IMG/VR virus record: IMGVR_UViG_3300048834_000363
Location: 1-51,379 of that record
Source: a virus
Taxonomy: Duplodnaviria > Caudoviricetes
Direction: 5' to 3' (one strand)
DNA length: 51,379 nt
Below the pieces are notes generated by a model. The model ran no database searches. It saw nothing but the letters and a program-made list of their open reading frames with translations, and was not told where the DNA came from. The first letter of the stretch is position 1; each line of letters begins with the position of its first letter. Below are positions 35,263 to 43,123 of this stretch, piece by piece. The position numbers were made by a program, and so were the translations under genes.

Positions 35263-36033
35263 ATGACGTTCGTCATGAAGCTCGATCTTGCGCGCCTCCG
35301 CGAACGCCTTGCCGTCATGGAGGAAAAGGGCGTGAAGCCGCGCCAAATCTCCATGCGCGTTGCTGGCACACCCGATCTGGTGCGTCACATTCTGAAGGGT
35401 AGGCAGTCCAGTACCGACGGAGTGAAATTGCTGCGCCTGGCGAAGGCGTTGGAGGCGTCTGTTGAGTACCTGCACGGCGAATCGGATGAGGTGGGCAAGC
35501 CGCCCGACGTGGAGCTTTTGGCGGAGCGCACGACTGTGCGGCGCAAGTCAGCCCGGCCAAGAGATGTCAGGATACCGTTGGCCGCTGGTGTCGGCCTTCA
35601 TGTGCGCCATGTCGTACAGGCGGGCGCATGGATTGAGGTCGATGAAGCGGCGAGTGAGCGGATCGTTGCCCCGCCAGTATCAGCCAGCTCAGCATTTCCA
35701 GCGGAAATGCAGTGGCTTGAGCTGGTGCGCGGGGACAGCGCTGACCTCTATTATCCAGAGGGCGCCTTCGTTCATGTCGTCGGCGCGATCGATATTGGTT
35801 ATGCACCTCGCGACAAGGATTTTGTTGTCGTTGAACGGCGTCGAGAGCAGGGCGGGCTGATCGAGCGCTCGATAAAGCAAGTCGAAAGGCGCGGTCGAAA
35901 AATCGAACTGTGGCCGCGATCCCGAAATCCGAAATGGCAGCGCCCCCTTGATCTAGGCGATGGCGCTGACGATTCCACAGAGGTGGAGATCGTCGCGCTG
36001 GTGCTTGGGGCGCATTTGCCAGCGCCGCAATAG
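35263..36033 (+). CDS. cI: CI-like repressor (HTH plus S24 peptidase)
   Basis: LRLAKALEASVEYL HTH end, VQAG cleavage site, VRGDS (Ser) and SIKQV (Lys). Confidence 0.9.
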   Translation: MTFVMKLDLARLRERLAVMEEKGVKPRQISMRVAGTPDLVRHILKGRQSSTDGVKLLRLAKALEASVEYLHGESDEVGKPPDVELLAERTTVRRKSARPRDVRIPLAAGVGLHVRHVVQAGAWIEVDEAASERIVAPPVSASSAFPAEMQWLELVRGDSADLYYPEGAFVHVVGAIDIGYAPRDKDFVVVERRREQGGLIERSIKQVERRGRKIELWPRSRNPKWQRPLDLGDGADDSTEVEIVALVLGAHLPAPQ

Positions 36034-36050
36034 TTCACCGGAGGTCAGGA

Positions 36051-36542
36051 ATGGCGGATGTCAGTGTTCTAGCGGGCGACTTCAATGGCGCCGTCCCAGG
36101 GGCTTACGTATTTGGGAGCCTTCATTTGGCGCGTCCTGGCGCGTGGTCAACGACCGACGTGTACGTGATCCGAAACGACGCCGTGACGCTGGAGATCGCT
36201 AGCGAGGAAACCGTAACCAAGGTCGGCGGCGCAATAGGATGGGGCGCGGTGGGCGGCTTGGTCGCCGGCCCAGTTGGGCTCTTGGCTGGTGCGATGCTTG
36301 GCGGAAAAGGCGAGAAGGTCGCGTTTGTTGCGGAATTCATCGACGGCAAGAAGCTGATGGCGATTTGCGACAAGGCGACATGGACGAAGATGCTTGCCGA
36401 TAAATTCAGAGGTCCAGACCCCAAGCTTCCGCCGCGAGAGCAGCGGCGCGGCGCGAGTAGAGGTGGCAGCTTTGCGCTGAACCTGATCGTCGGCTTGGTC
36501 GTGCTTGGTTTTCTTTTTTACGGCTGCGCCAGCCTCGGTTGA
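36051..36542 (+). CDS. Membrane-anchored glycine-zipper protein downstream of cI
   Basis: GGAIGWGAVGGLVAGPVGLLAGAMLGG; C-terminal TM segment. Confidence 0.8.
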   Translation: MADVSVLAGDFNGAVPGAYVFGSLHLARPGAWSTTDVYVIRNDAVTLEIASEETVTKVGGAIGWGAVGGLVAGPVGLLAGAMLGGKGEKVAFVAEFIDGKKLMAICDKATWTKMLADKFRGPDPKLPPREQRRGASRGGSFALNLIVGLVVLGFLFYGCASLG

Positions 36543-36597
36543 TCCGCGCCACGAAAATAAAGTTCCGAGCCGCGTCAACGGTCTAGAAAGAAATCCC

Positions 36598-36645
36598 CAG
36601 GCAGATTTTACGCACCGATTGACGCGTAAAATCTGACGCTATAAC
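36598..36645 (+). promoter_or_regulatory. Early promoter with an operator in its spacer
   Basis: TTGACGC (36619)-N12-GCTATAAC fits the Caulobacter-type sigma70 consensus; operator GCGTAAAATCTGACGC at 36624..36639 and a partial copy at 36598..36613. Confidence 0.8.
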
Positions 36646-36670
36646 GCTTCTCATACCGGAGGGGCGTTAC

Positions 36671-37606
36671 ATGAACACGCATACCGCAGACGAAAACATC
36701 GATCCGACGGCGCCGCTCGCGCCATCTGGTCGGCCCTGGGCTTACGGGCTGCGCACATGCGGGCCAAAAGGCGAGGCCTACAACGGTTTCACCTGGCCGA
36801 CCGAAAAGGGCGCAGTTGTTTCAGCGCCGGATTTTGATCCATCGCCAACCTGCGGCGGCGGCCTGCACCTCAACCCGTGGGGCATGGGCGACTGGTCGCT
36901 GCATTCGTATCACGCGTCCGCCCTGTGGATGGTGGTGCGGTACGACCCCGCGCTGGCGGTCGAACTCGACGGCGGTGAGCGTGGCGGCAAGATCAAGGCC
37001 CCTTGGGCCATCGTTGAGCAGGTCGAAACGCGGGAAAACCTTGCGCGCCTCCTCGGTCCGCTGGCGGTTCGGCGCATCGCTCGCATCAAGGAAATCACCT
37101 GTGACGCTGCGACGACCGGCTACGCCGCGCACGCTGCGACGACCGGCTACGCCGCGCACGCTGCGACGACCGGCTACGCCGCGCACGCTGCGACGACCGG
37201 CGACGCCGCGCACGCTGCGACGACCGGCGACGCCGCGCACGCTGCGACGACCGGCGGCCGCGCGCACGCTGCGACGACCGGCGGCCGCGCGCACGCTGCG
37301 ACGACCGGCGGCCGCGCGCACGCTGCGACGACCGGCGACGCCGCGCACGCTGCGACGACCGGCGGCCGCGCGCACGCTGCGACGACCGGCGACGACGCAA
37401 TCTCGGCAAGTCTCGGAATCGATGCACGGGCCAAGGCTGGCGCGGGCGGCGCAATCATGCTCGCCGAATACGGTTGGCGACCAGCGCTCGGCAAATACGA
37501 GCTCGTCGCCGTGTTCGCCTCCAAGGTGGGCGAGGGCGGCATTGAGCCCGACACCTGGTACAAGCTCGAAGGTGGCAAGCCTGTGGCGATCGAGGTGTCG
37601 CCATGA
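36671..37606 (+). CDS. Phage protein with 9-residue repeats (beta-solenoid-like)
   Basis: CGGGLHL N-domain, ten AATTGxxAH repeats, C-terminal KVGEGGIEPDTWYKL. Confidence 0.85.
   Translation: MNTHTADENIDPTAPLAPSGRPWAYGLRTCGPKGEAYNGFTWPTEKGAVVSAPDFDPSPTCGGGLHLNPWGMGDWSLHSYHASALWMVVRYDPALAVELDGGERGGKIKAPWAIVEQVETRENLARLLGPLAVRRIARIKEITCDAATTGYAAHAATTGYAAHAATTGYAAHAATTGDAAHAATTGDAAHAATTGGRAHAATTGGRAHAATTGGRAHAATTGDAAHAATTGGRAHAATTGDDAISASLGIDARAKAGAGGAIMLAEYGWRPALGKYELVAVFASKVGEGGIEPDTWYKLEGGKPVAIEVSP
37106..37399 (+). repeat. 27-bp tandem repeat, 10 full copies plus 1 partial
   Basis: GCTGCGACGACCGGC(TACGCC/GACGCC/GGCCGC)GCGCAC. Confidence 0.97.
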
Positions 37607-38025
37607 ACGCCGCCGCCGCTCCGCTCACACTCACCCGGCGCTTTGACGGGCCATGGCTTGCGATCCGCCGCGTCAGCGTCGCCGAGATCCATTCCATCGT
37701 TCTGGCGGGCGATCCGCGCGCGCCTGACATCTGGCGCCGCATCGATGCTGATCAGCCTGTGGAGACGGGCCGTGTCGCCGAGGCGCAGCTCACCCCGCTC
37801 GCCGACTTCGGCGTGTTCTGCTCGCTCTATCCGCACAGCCGCGTGCTGTCTGTTTACCGCGCGACGATCTCGCGCGCGCATCGGCCTGGACTGCCATCCG
37901 GCCACGGCGCGCACTGGCCGTGGGAGGGCAAGCGCTGCGACCGCATCAAGATCGAGCGGTCGATGTGGGACCTGGTCGCCGCCGCCGCGAAGGACTGCAA
38001 CACAATCGGTCGGGTGCGGGCCTAA
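37603..38025 (+). CDS. Hypothetical protein
   Basis: ATGA overlap with the upstream gene. Confidence 0.65.
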   Translation: MNAAAAPLTLTRRFDGPWLAIRRVSVAEIHSIVLAGDPRAPDIWRRIDADQPVETGRVAEAQLTPLADFGVFCSLYPHSRVLSVYRATISRAHRPGLPSGHGAHWPWEGKRCDRIKIERSMWDLVAAAAKDCNTIGRVRA

Positions 38026-38240
38026 TGTCGGCGCCCTCACTCCAAGCCACGGTTGCGCTCGACGACGTCGTCGCCTCGATCGATGAGGCCGCTGATCTGA
38101 CCATCGCGCTGCGCATCGCGGTGCGCATGAACACGCAGGCCTCGCGCGCCTTTTCGCGTGAGCTGATGGTGGAGATGGCGAAGCGGCACTCGCAGGTGGT
38201 CGACGAGCTCGTCGCCGTCAACGAAGCGATGGAAGCGTGA
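38025..38240 (+). CDS. Hypothetical protein (MSAPSLQ...)
   Basis: TAATG overlap start; helical. Confidence 0.65.
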   Translation: MSAPSLQATVALDDVVASIDEAADLTIALRIAVRMNTQASRAFSRELMVEMAKRHSQVVDELVAVNEAMEA

Positions 38241-38587
38241 TGCGTAAGCCGACCGACCGCACCGAGGCTTGGTCGCGCTGGCGGCAGCGTGTCGAAGGGC
38301 GCGCGCTGGCGATCACCACAACGCCGGAGTGCGGCTTCTACCGCGCCAAGCGCAAAGGCCAGTACGTCGGCGTGCAGATCGATCTGCTGCAGGAGATCGA
38401 CGAAGAGACTGGCGAGCTCCGCAGCGAAGAGCAGCTGATCGCGATGATCGGCGACGACACGTTCATCGGCGATCGCGTCGACGCGATCTGGGTCGCGTGC
38501 GGCGGCAACCCCATCAGTGAGCAGGAATTCGAGCGGCTGCTGCGCATGCCGGCGGTGTCGGACCTGTCGCGCCAAGTCATCACCTAG
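38240..38587 (+). CDS. Hypothetical protein
   Basis: TGATG overlap; PECGFYR...W..C..NPISEQEFE pattern. Confidence 0.75.
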   Translation: MRKPTDRTEAWSRWRQRVEGRALAITTTPECGFYRAKRKGQYVGVQIDLLQEIDEETGELRSEEQLIAMIGDDTFIGDRVDAIWVACGGNPISEQEFERLLRMPAVSDLSRQVIT

Positions 38588-38597
38588 GAGGAATTAC

Positions 38598-39140
38598 ATG
38601 GGCCTGGACATCACCGCTTATCGTCAGCTGAAGCCCTGCGCCGCACCGGAGGGAGCCGCGACAGGCGATTACGACTACGAACGATTCTTCGCGCCGTTGA
38701 ACAACGACCACTTCCCAGGACGCGCCGCTGGGCTCGACAGTGAGTGGTACGAGTTCTCACGCCTCGATGGGGCCGTTCTTGGTTTCAGAGCCGGAAGCTA
38801 CAGCGGCTACAATAATTGGCGCGAATGGCTCGCAAAGCTCGCCGGGTACCCGGAAGACCCTGCGGAGGATTTGCGGCATCGACATTCTGGCGGGGCGTGG
38901 AAAGCGGACGGCGGGCCGTTCTGGGAGCTGATCTACTTCGCCGACAATGAGGGCACGATCGGCCCCATCGTCAGCGCGAAGCTCGCGAAGGATTTCGCCG
39001 AGTGGGATGAGCGCGCGAAGGCATTCAGCGAAACCATCGACGCAGATGCTGAGAGCCGCGCTTGGTTCTACCGGCAATATCAGACGTGGCGGCATGCGTT
39101 TGAAATGGCGGCCGACAACGGCGCGGTCGACTTCCATTGA
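38598..39140 (+). CDS. Hypothetical phage protein (MGLDITAY...)
   Basis: Strong SD AGGAGG; FRAGSYSGYNNWREWLA, FADNEGTIG. Confidence 0.85.
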   Translation: MGLDITAYRQLKPCAAPEGAATGDYDYERFFAPLNNDHFPGRAAGLDSEWYEFSRLDGAVLGFRAGSYSGYNNWREWLAKLAGYPEDPAEDLRHRHSGGAWKADGGPFWELIYFADNEGTIGPIVSAKLAKDFAEWDERAKAFSETIDADAESRAWFYRQYQTWRHAFEMAADNGAVDFH

Positions 39141-39148
39141 GGCCCGCC

Positions 39149-39913
39149 ATGACCGACACAGCAACCATCGGCCATAACAGCGGGGCGCAATTCGCCGACG
39201 TGCGCCGCGACATCGAGCAGCGCATCGCCGCGTTCCTGAAGGGCGGCGACGTATGGGCGAAGCGCGAGAAGCTCGACGACGCGGACGCCGCGAAGGCGAA
39301 CGACTTCATCACCGGGGTGAAGAAGCTCGCCAGCGACGCGGAGAAGGCGCGCGTCGCCGAGAAGGAGCCGCACTTAGAAGCGGGCCGCGCCGTCGACCGC
39401 GAGTGGAAGCAGATCGCCGAACGCATCGACGCCATCGCGGCGATCGTGAAGCCGAAGCTCGACGCGTACCTGCGCGCCAAGCAGGAGGAGCAGCGCAGGG
39501 CGGAGGCGGAGGCCCGCCGGCTCGCCGCTGAGGCCGAGGCCAACGCCCGCGCGGCGGCGGCTGATGCGGCGGCAGCTGAGACGCCGTCGGCGCAGATCGA
39601 GGCCGAGGCGCGGGCGCGGGCGCATCAGGAGGCGGCGGACGAAGCGGCGCGACAAGCCGAACGCAACGCAGCGCCCGTGCGCGTGGGTTCCGCAACCGGG
39701 CTCGCGCATCAGCGCGGTTTCAAGACGGTGCGCAAGCCCTCGATCAAATCGATGCCGCAGGCGCTCGCGCACTATCGCGACGAACCCGATCTCGAAGCGC
39801 TGATCTTGAAGCTGGCGGCGCGCGATCTGCGCGAAGCGCCGACGCGGCGGGGCGTGAAGCAAATCCCCGCCATCCCCGGAATTGAGTTCGTTGAGACACA
39901 GGAGCTTGCATAG
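39149..39913 (+). CDS. Coiled-coil early protein
   Basis: IGHN start, EKARVAEKEPHLEAGRAVD, Ala/Glu/Arg coil, IPGIEF end. Confidence 0.8.
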   Translation: MTDTATIGHNSGAQFADVRRDIEQRIAAFLKGGDVWAKREKLDDADAAKANDFITGVKKLASDAEKARVAEKEPHLEAGRAVDREWKQIAERIDAIAAIVKPKLDAYLRAKQEEQRRAEAEARRLAAEAEANARAAAADAAAAETPSAQIEAEARARAHQEAADEAARQAERNAAPVRVGSATGLAHQRGFKTVRKPSIKSMPQALAHYRDEPDLEALILKLAARDLREAPTRRGVKQIPAIPGIEFVETQELA

Positions 39914-39917
39914 CTAT

Positions 39918-40017
39918 CGCAGCGCGACGCGCCGCAACACATCACGCCGCAACACATCACGACACAGCGCTCCGCGCCGCTGCTCGTCACGGCACAACAC
40001 CCCGCAACGCAACGCTT
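39918..40017 (+). repeat. Pentamer array 1, 20 x (C-R-Y + NN); candidate guide ncRNA
   Basis: cgcAG cgcGA cgcGC cgcAA cacAT cacGC cgcAA cacAT cacGA cacAG cgcTC cgcGC cgcTG ctcGT cacGG cacAA cacCC cgcAA cgcAA cgcTT. Confidence 0.92.
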
Positions 40018-40035
40018 ACCCAATGGAGAATAGCA

Positions 40036-40602
40036 ATGCCCAAGATCGCAAGCTGCACCCTCAAAGCCATCTCGCCGTATTCGCAATCGCGCGCTCACGA
40101 GTCTCCGAAGAAGGAGAAGGAAACGCACGACGCCTATGAGCAGCGCACTTGGCGCGAGAAGGCGCACTTCGATGCAGATAGCGCAGTTTTCATTCCACCG
40201 ATGTCGCTGAAGATGGCGCTCGACGCGGGGGCGAAGTACCTACAGCTGCAAATTCCCGGCAAGGGCAAGTCGACGTACACGAAACACTTTGCATCCGGTT
40301 GCTTGGTGCTGGAGCCAGCATTCGTCGGCGTCCACAAAGACAATCTGCTCTGCGACCGCATCTATGCGAACGCTGACGGCGTGCGCGGTTCAGGCAAGCG
40401 TGTGTGGAAGTATTTTCCGCGCGTCGACAATTGGAAGGTCGACGTCGACTTCCACGTTTATGACGACGCCATCACCCGCGAGGTGTTCGAGAAGGTGCTC
40501 GGTGAAGCGGGGCGCTTCATCGGCATCGGCAGATTCCGTCCGCAGAACGGTGGGTTTTACGGTCGCTTCGCCGTCGAAAAGGTGAAGCGGCAAGAGGCTT
40601 AG
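40036..40602 (+). CDS. Stand-alone RAMP (Cas7/Csm3-like) protein
   Basis: TLKAISP first strand, FIPPMSLKMAL (compare IPGSSLKG), WKVDVDF, C-terminal Gly-rich loop GIGRFRPQNGGFYGRFAV; SD GGAG. Confidence 0.75.
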   Translation: MPKIASCTLKAISPYSQSRAHESPKKEKETHDAYEQRTWREKAHFDADSAVFIPPMSLKMALDAGAKYLQLQIPGKGKSTYTKHFASGCLVLEPAFVGVHKDNLLCDRIYANADGVRGSGKRVWKYFPRVDNWKVDVDFHVYDDAITREVFEKVLGEAGRFIGIGRFRPQNGGFYGRFAVEKVKRQEA

Positions 40603-40607
40603 ATTGC

Positions 40608-40697
40608 CGCGTCGCATCGCAGCGCGTCGCCTCGCGTCGCCCCGCGCCATTTCGTAGCGCCACGCCCCACGCCGCACCACACCACAGCACAACGTCT
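40608..40697 (+). repeat. Pentamer array 2, 18 x (C-R-Y + NN); candidate guide ncRNA
   Basis: cgcGT cgcAT cgcAG cgcGT cgcCT cgcGT cgcCC cgcGC catTT cgtAG cgcCA cgcCC cacGC cgcAC cacAC cacAG cacAA cgtCT. Confidence 0.92.
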
Positions 40698-40715
40698 ACT
40701 CGCCAGGAATCGTAC

Positions 40716-41219
40716 ATGTTCACCTCAAGCGCAGAAATCGCCGCGACCGCCGAGACATTATCCGATGCGCTTTGCGCGCTCTCGCCTGGCGAAATCGCCA
40801 CGTACACGCAACTGAGCAAGCTCGCCGGTGAGTCGCTATCTGGAGCCTCTTACGTTCTTCGTCGCGCGCTCAAACTTGCCGAGGAGCGCAGTGGCGCGCT
40901 GTTCGAGAACGTCACCGGGCGCGGATACAAGCGCCTGGAGACGACCGCCATTCCTGCCGTCGGGAAGAAAGCTAACGGGCGCATTCGTGGCGTCGCTCGG
41001 CGAACGCGCAAGCGGTTCGAGAGCGTGCGCGCAAACGACATGAACCAGAGCGATCTCGCCACGGTGGCCGCCTATCGCTCGCACTTCGGAATGATCGAAG
41101 GTATGGCGCGCGAGAACAACATCAAATCCCAGGCTCGTCAGATCGCTGCCGCAAGCGTGTCGGTTGCCGACGCGGCAGCGGGGCTGATGGGCTCAGAGAA
41201 AAAGGAGCAGACGAAGTGA
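40716..41219 (+). CDS. Winged-helix plus helical protein, probable partner of the RAMP protein
   Basis: PGEIATYTQLSKLAG (HTH-like) and FENVTGRGYKR (wing-like). Confidence 0.75.
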   Translation: MFTSSAEIAATAETLSDALCALSPGEIATYTQLSKLAGESLSGASYVLRRALKLAEERSGALFENVTGRGYKRLETTAIPAVGKKANGRIRGVARRTRKRFESVRANDMNQSDLATVAAYRSHFGMIEGMARENNIKSQARQIAAASVSVADAAAGLMGSEKKEQTK

Positions 41220-41482
41220 CGACCGAAGCAATTGAACTCCTCCGCACACGCGTGTTGCAGGCGCGCGAGATCGCGAAGGAGGCCATCACCGAATATCACG
41301 CGATGCATGCGCGGATTCAGGAGAAATACAAAATCTGGAGCGAGGCCACCTCGCAGGAAGAGGGCTTCATTTACGCCATACGTGAACTCGGTGGTGAGAT
41401 CGATGATCCGAAGGCTCACGGGTTCTTTCTGAAACCGACGCTCGACGCGCTCTCAGCTGCGCTCACTGAGGAGAAGAACTAA
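41216..41482 (+). CDS. Hypothetical protein
   Basis: GTGA overlap with SD AAGGAG. Confidence 0.7.
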   Translation: MTTEAIELLRTRVLQAREIAKEAITEYHAMHARIQEKYKIWSEATSQEEGFIYAIRELGGEIDDPKAHGFFLKPTLDALSAALTEEKN

Positions 41483-42670
41483 ATGAACGCGCCCGCACCC
41501 CGCGTGATCGACCTCGACCAAGACGGTCAGGAGATCAGCGTCAACCTCGAACAGATGGGCGTCTCCGCCGCCGAGGTGAACCAGCAGATCGCCACCGCCA
41601 AGAAGTACCCGCGCTCGCTTGAGCAATTCCGCAAAGAGCTGATCGGGCAGGTGACGCTGTCGGAGTCCATCGCGCGCAGCTGCATCTATGCGCTGCCACG
41701 CGCCGGCAAGAAGATCGAAGGCCCCTCGATCCGCTTCGCCGAGATGGCCATGGGCGCCTGGGGCAATTGCCGCGCCACCGCCCGCATCGTGGCCGAGACG
41801 GAGAACTTCGTCATCGCGCAAGGCATCTTCATCGACCTGCAGCGCAACGTCGCCGTAGGGATCGAGGTCGGGCGTCGCATCATCGACTCCGAGGGCCGGC
41901 GCTTCAATATCGATATGATCGGAGTCACTGGCGCCGCGGCCTCGTCGATCGCGCTGCGCAACGCCATCCTGCGCGGCATCCCGCGTGCGCTCACCGATGA
42001 AGCCTACGTCAACGCGAAGCGCACCGTCGCCGGCACGCTGGCCACGCTCGCGGATCGGCGCAACCGCGCGCTCGAAGCGTTCAAGCCGTACGGCGTGACG
42101 GAGCAGCAAATCCTCGCCGCGCTGGGCAAGCAAGGCCTGGTCGAGATCGGGCTCGAAGACCTGGTCACGCTCGGGGGCTTCCTCACCGCGATCCAGCAAG
42201 AGGAGCGCGATCCCGAAGAGATTTTCCCGCCGGCCACGAACGCGGCGACGCGCCGTCAATCGGCGCCGCCTCCGGCTGCGGAGAAACCGCAACAACAAAC
42301 CAGTTCCCCCAGCGGCGGGGGCTCCGCAGGCGCCGACGCGCCAAAGGCTGATGGTGGTGACGGGGGCGAAGGCCAAGCCCCGCCTGCGGAGAAGCCGAAG
42401 CCGGAGCCGAAGCCGAGGAAGGCGGCGCGTGAGCCCAGCGAACTCGAACAGTCGATCGCCAACACCTTGGCCGACTGCAAGACGCTGGCCGATTGCGACG
42501 GCGTCCGCTCGCTCTTCCAGCGCGAGCTGATCGATGCGTCCCCGGAAGTGCGCGCCGCCGTCGAGCTGCTGATCGATGACGCCAAGGCCGCGATCCAGAA
42601 GCGCCTCGAAGCCGACGATGATTTCCCCGGCGATCGCCCACCGAACTCAGTGTCGGGGAGCCTGGTCTGA
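41483..42670 (+). CDS. Putative recombination (single-strand annealing-like) protein
   Basis: QIATAKKYPRS, YALPRAGKKIEGPSIRFAE, SIALRNAIL; disordered linker and small C-domain; function inferred from pattern and position. Confidence 0.7.
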   Translation: MNAPAPRVIDLDQDGQEISVNLEQMGVSAAEVNQQIATAKKYPRSLEQFRKELIGQVTLSESIARSCIYALPRAGKKIEGPSIRFAEMAMGAWGNCRATARIVAETENFVIAQGIFIDLQRNVAVGIEVGRRIIDSEGRRFNIDMIGVTGAAASSIALRNAILRGIPRALTDEAYVNAKRTVAGTLATLADRRNRALEAFKPYGVTEQQILAALGKQGLVEIGLEDLVTLGGFLTAIQQEERDPEEIFPPATNAATRRQSAPPPAAEKPQQQTSSPSGGGSAGADAPKADGGDGGEGQAPPAEKPKPEPKPRKAAREPSELEQSIANTLADCKTLADCDGVRSLFQRELIDASPEVRAAVELLIDDAKAAIQKRLEADDDFPGDRPPNSVSGSLV

Positions 42671-42888
42671 TGCAGCGCCGCACCTTCTACCAAGCTGTTG
42701 ACATCAAGATCACGGGACGCCTGCAGCGTGTCGAGGTCAACGCTGACGGCGAGATCAGGCTGTCGGGCTGCGACGGCTGCATGACGCCCGTGCAAGCCGC
42801 AGCCGCCCGCACGCTGCTCGATGAAGCGCTGGCGCATGTCGCCAGCCTCGATGGCGGCGCGCCCTATCCAGAACGCAAGCAGGAGTGA
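42670..42888 (+). CDS. Hypothetical protein
   Basis: TGATG overlap. Confidence 0.6.
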   Translation: MQRRTFYQAVDIKITGRLQRVEVNADGEIRLSGCDGCMTPVQAAAARTLLDEALAHVASLDGGAPYPERKQE

Positions 42889-43118
42889 GCCCAATGCGTT
42901 ACGTGCAAGTCTTATTCAATCCGTGGGATCAGCGCTCCTACACCTACGCCGTGCCTGAAGGCGTCGAGGTGAAGGAGGGCGACAAGGTCGAAGTCGATAC
43001 GCAGCGCGGCATCCGCGAGGTCGAAGTCGTCAGCGTCCTTGACCAGCGCCCCAGCAACACGCCGGCCCACGTCGAGATCAAGCCGTTCATGCACGTGCTG
43101 CCACGAGCGGAGGCCTGA
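42885..43118 (+). CDS. Small SH3-like barrel protein
   Basis: RSYTYAVP...VKEGDKVEV. Confidence 0.7.
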   Translation: MSPMRYVQVLFNPWDQRSYTYAVPEGVEVKEGDKVEVDTQRGIREVEVVSVLDQRPSNTPAHVEIKPFMHVLPRAEA

Positions 43119-43123
43119 TCGCT

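Noticed and set aside
37106-37399. 27-bp repeats as a CRISPR array
   Set aside because: Units are contiguous and in frame within an ORF, with no unique spacers
39918-40697. Pentamer arrays as ordinary CRISPR arrays or small ORFs (e.g. 39882..40139, 39772..40167, 40390..40692)
   Set aside because: No 25-40 nt repeat-spacer structure; a period of 5 fits coding poorly, and the ORFs are low-complexity shadows overlapping real genes
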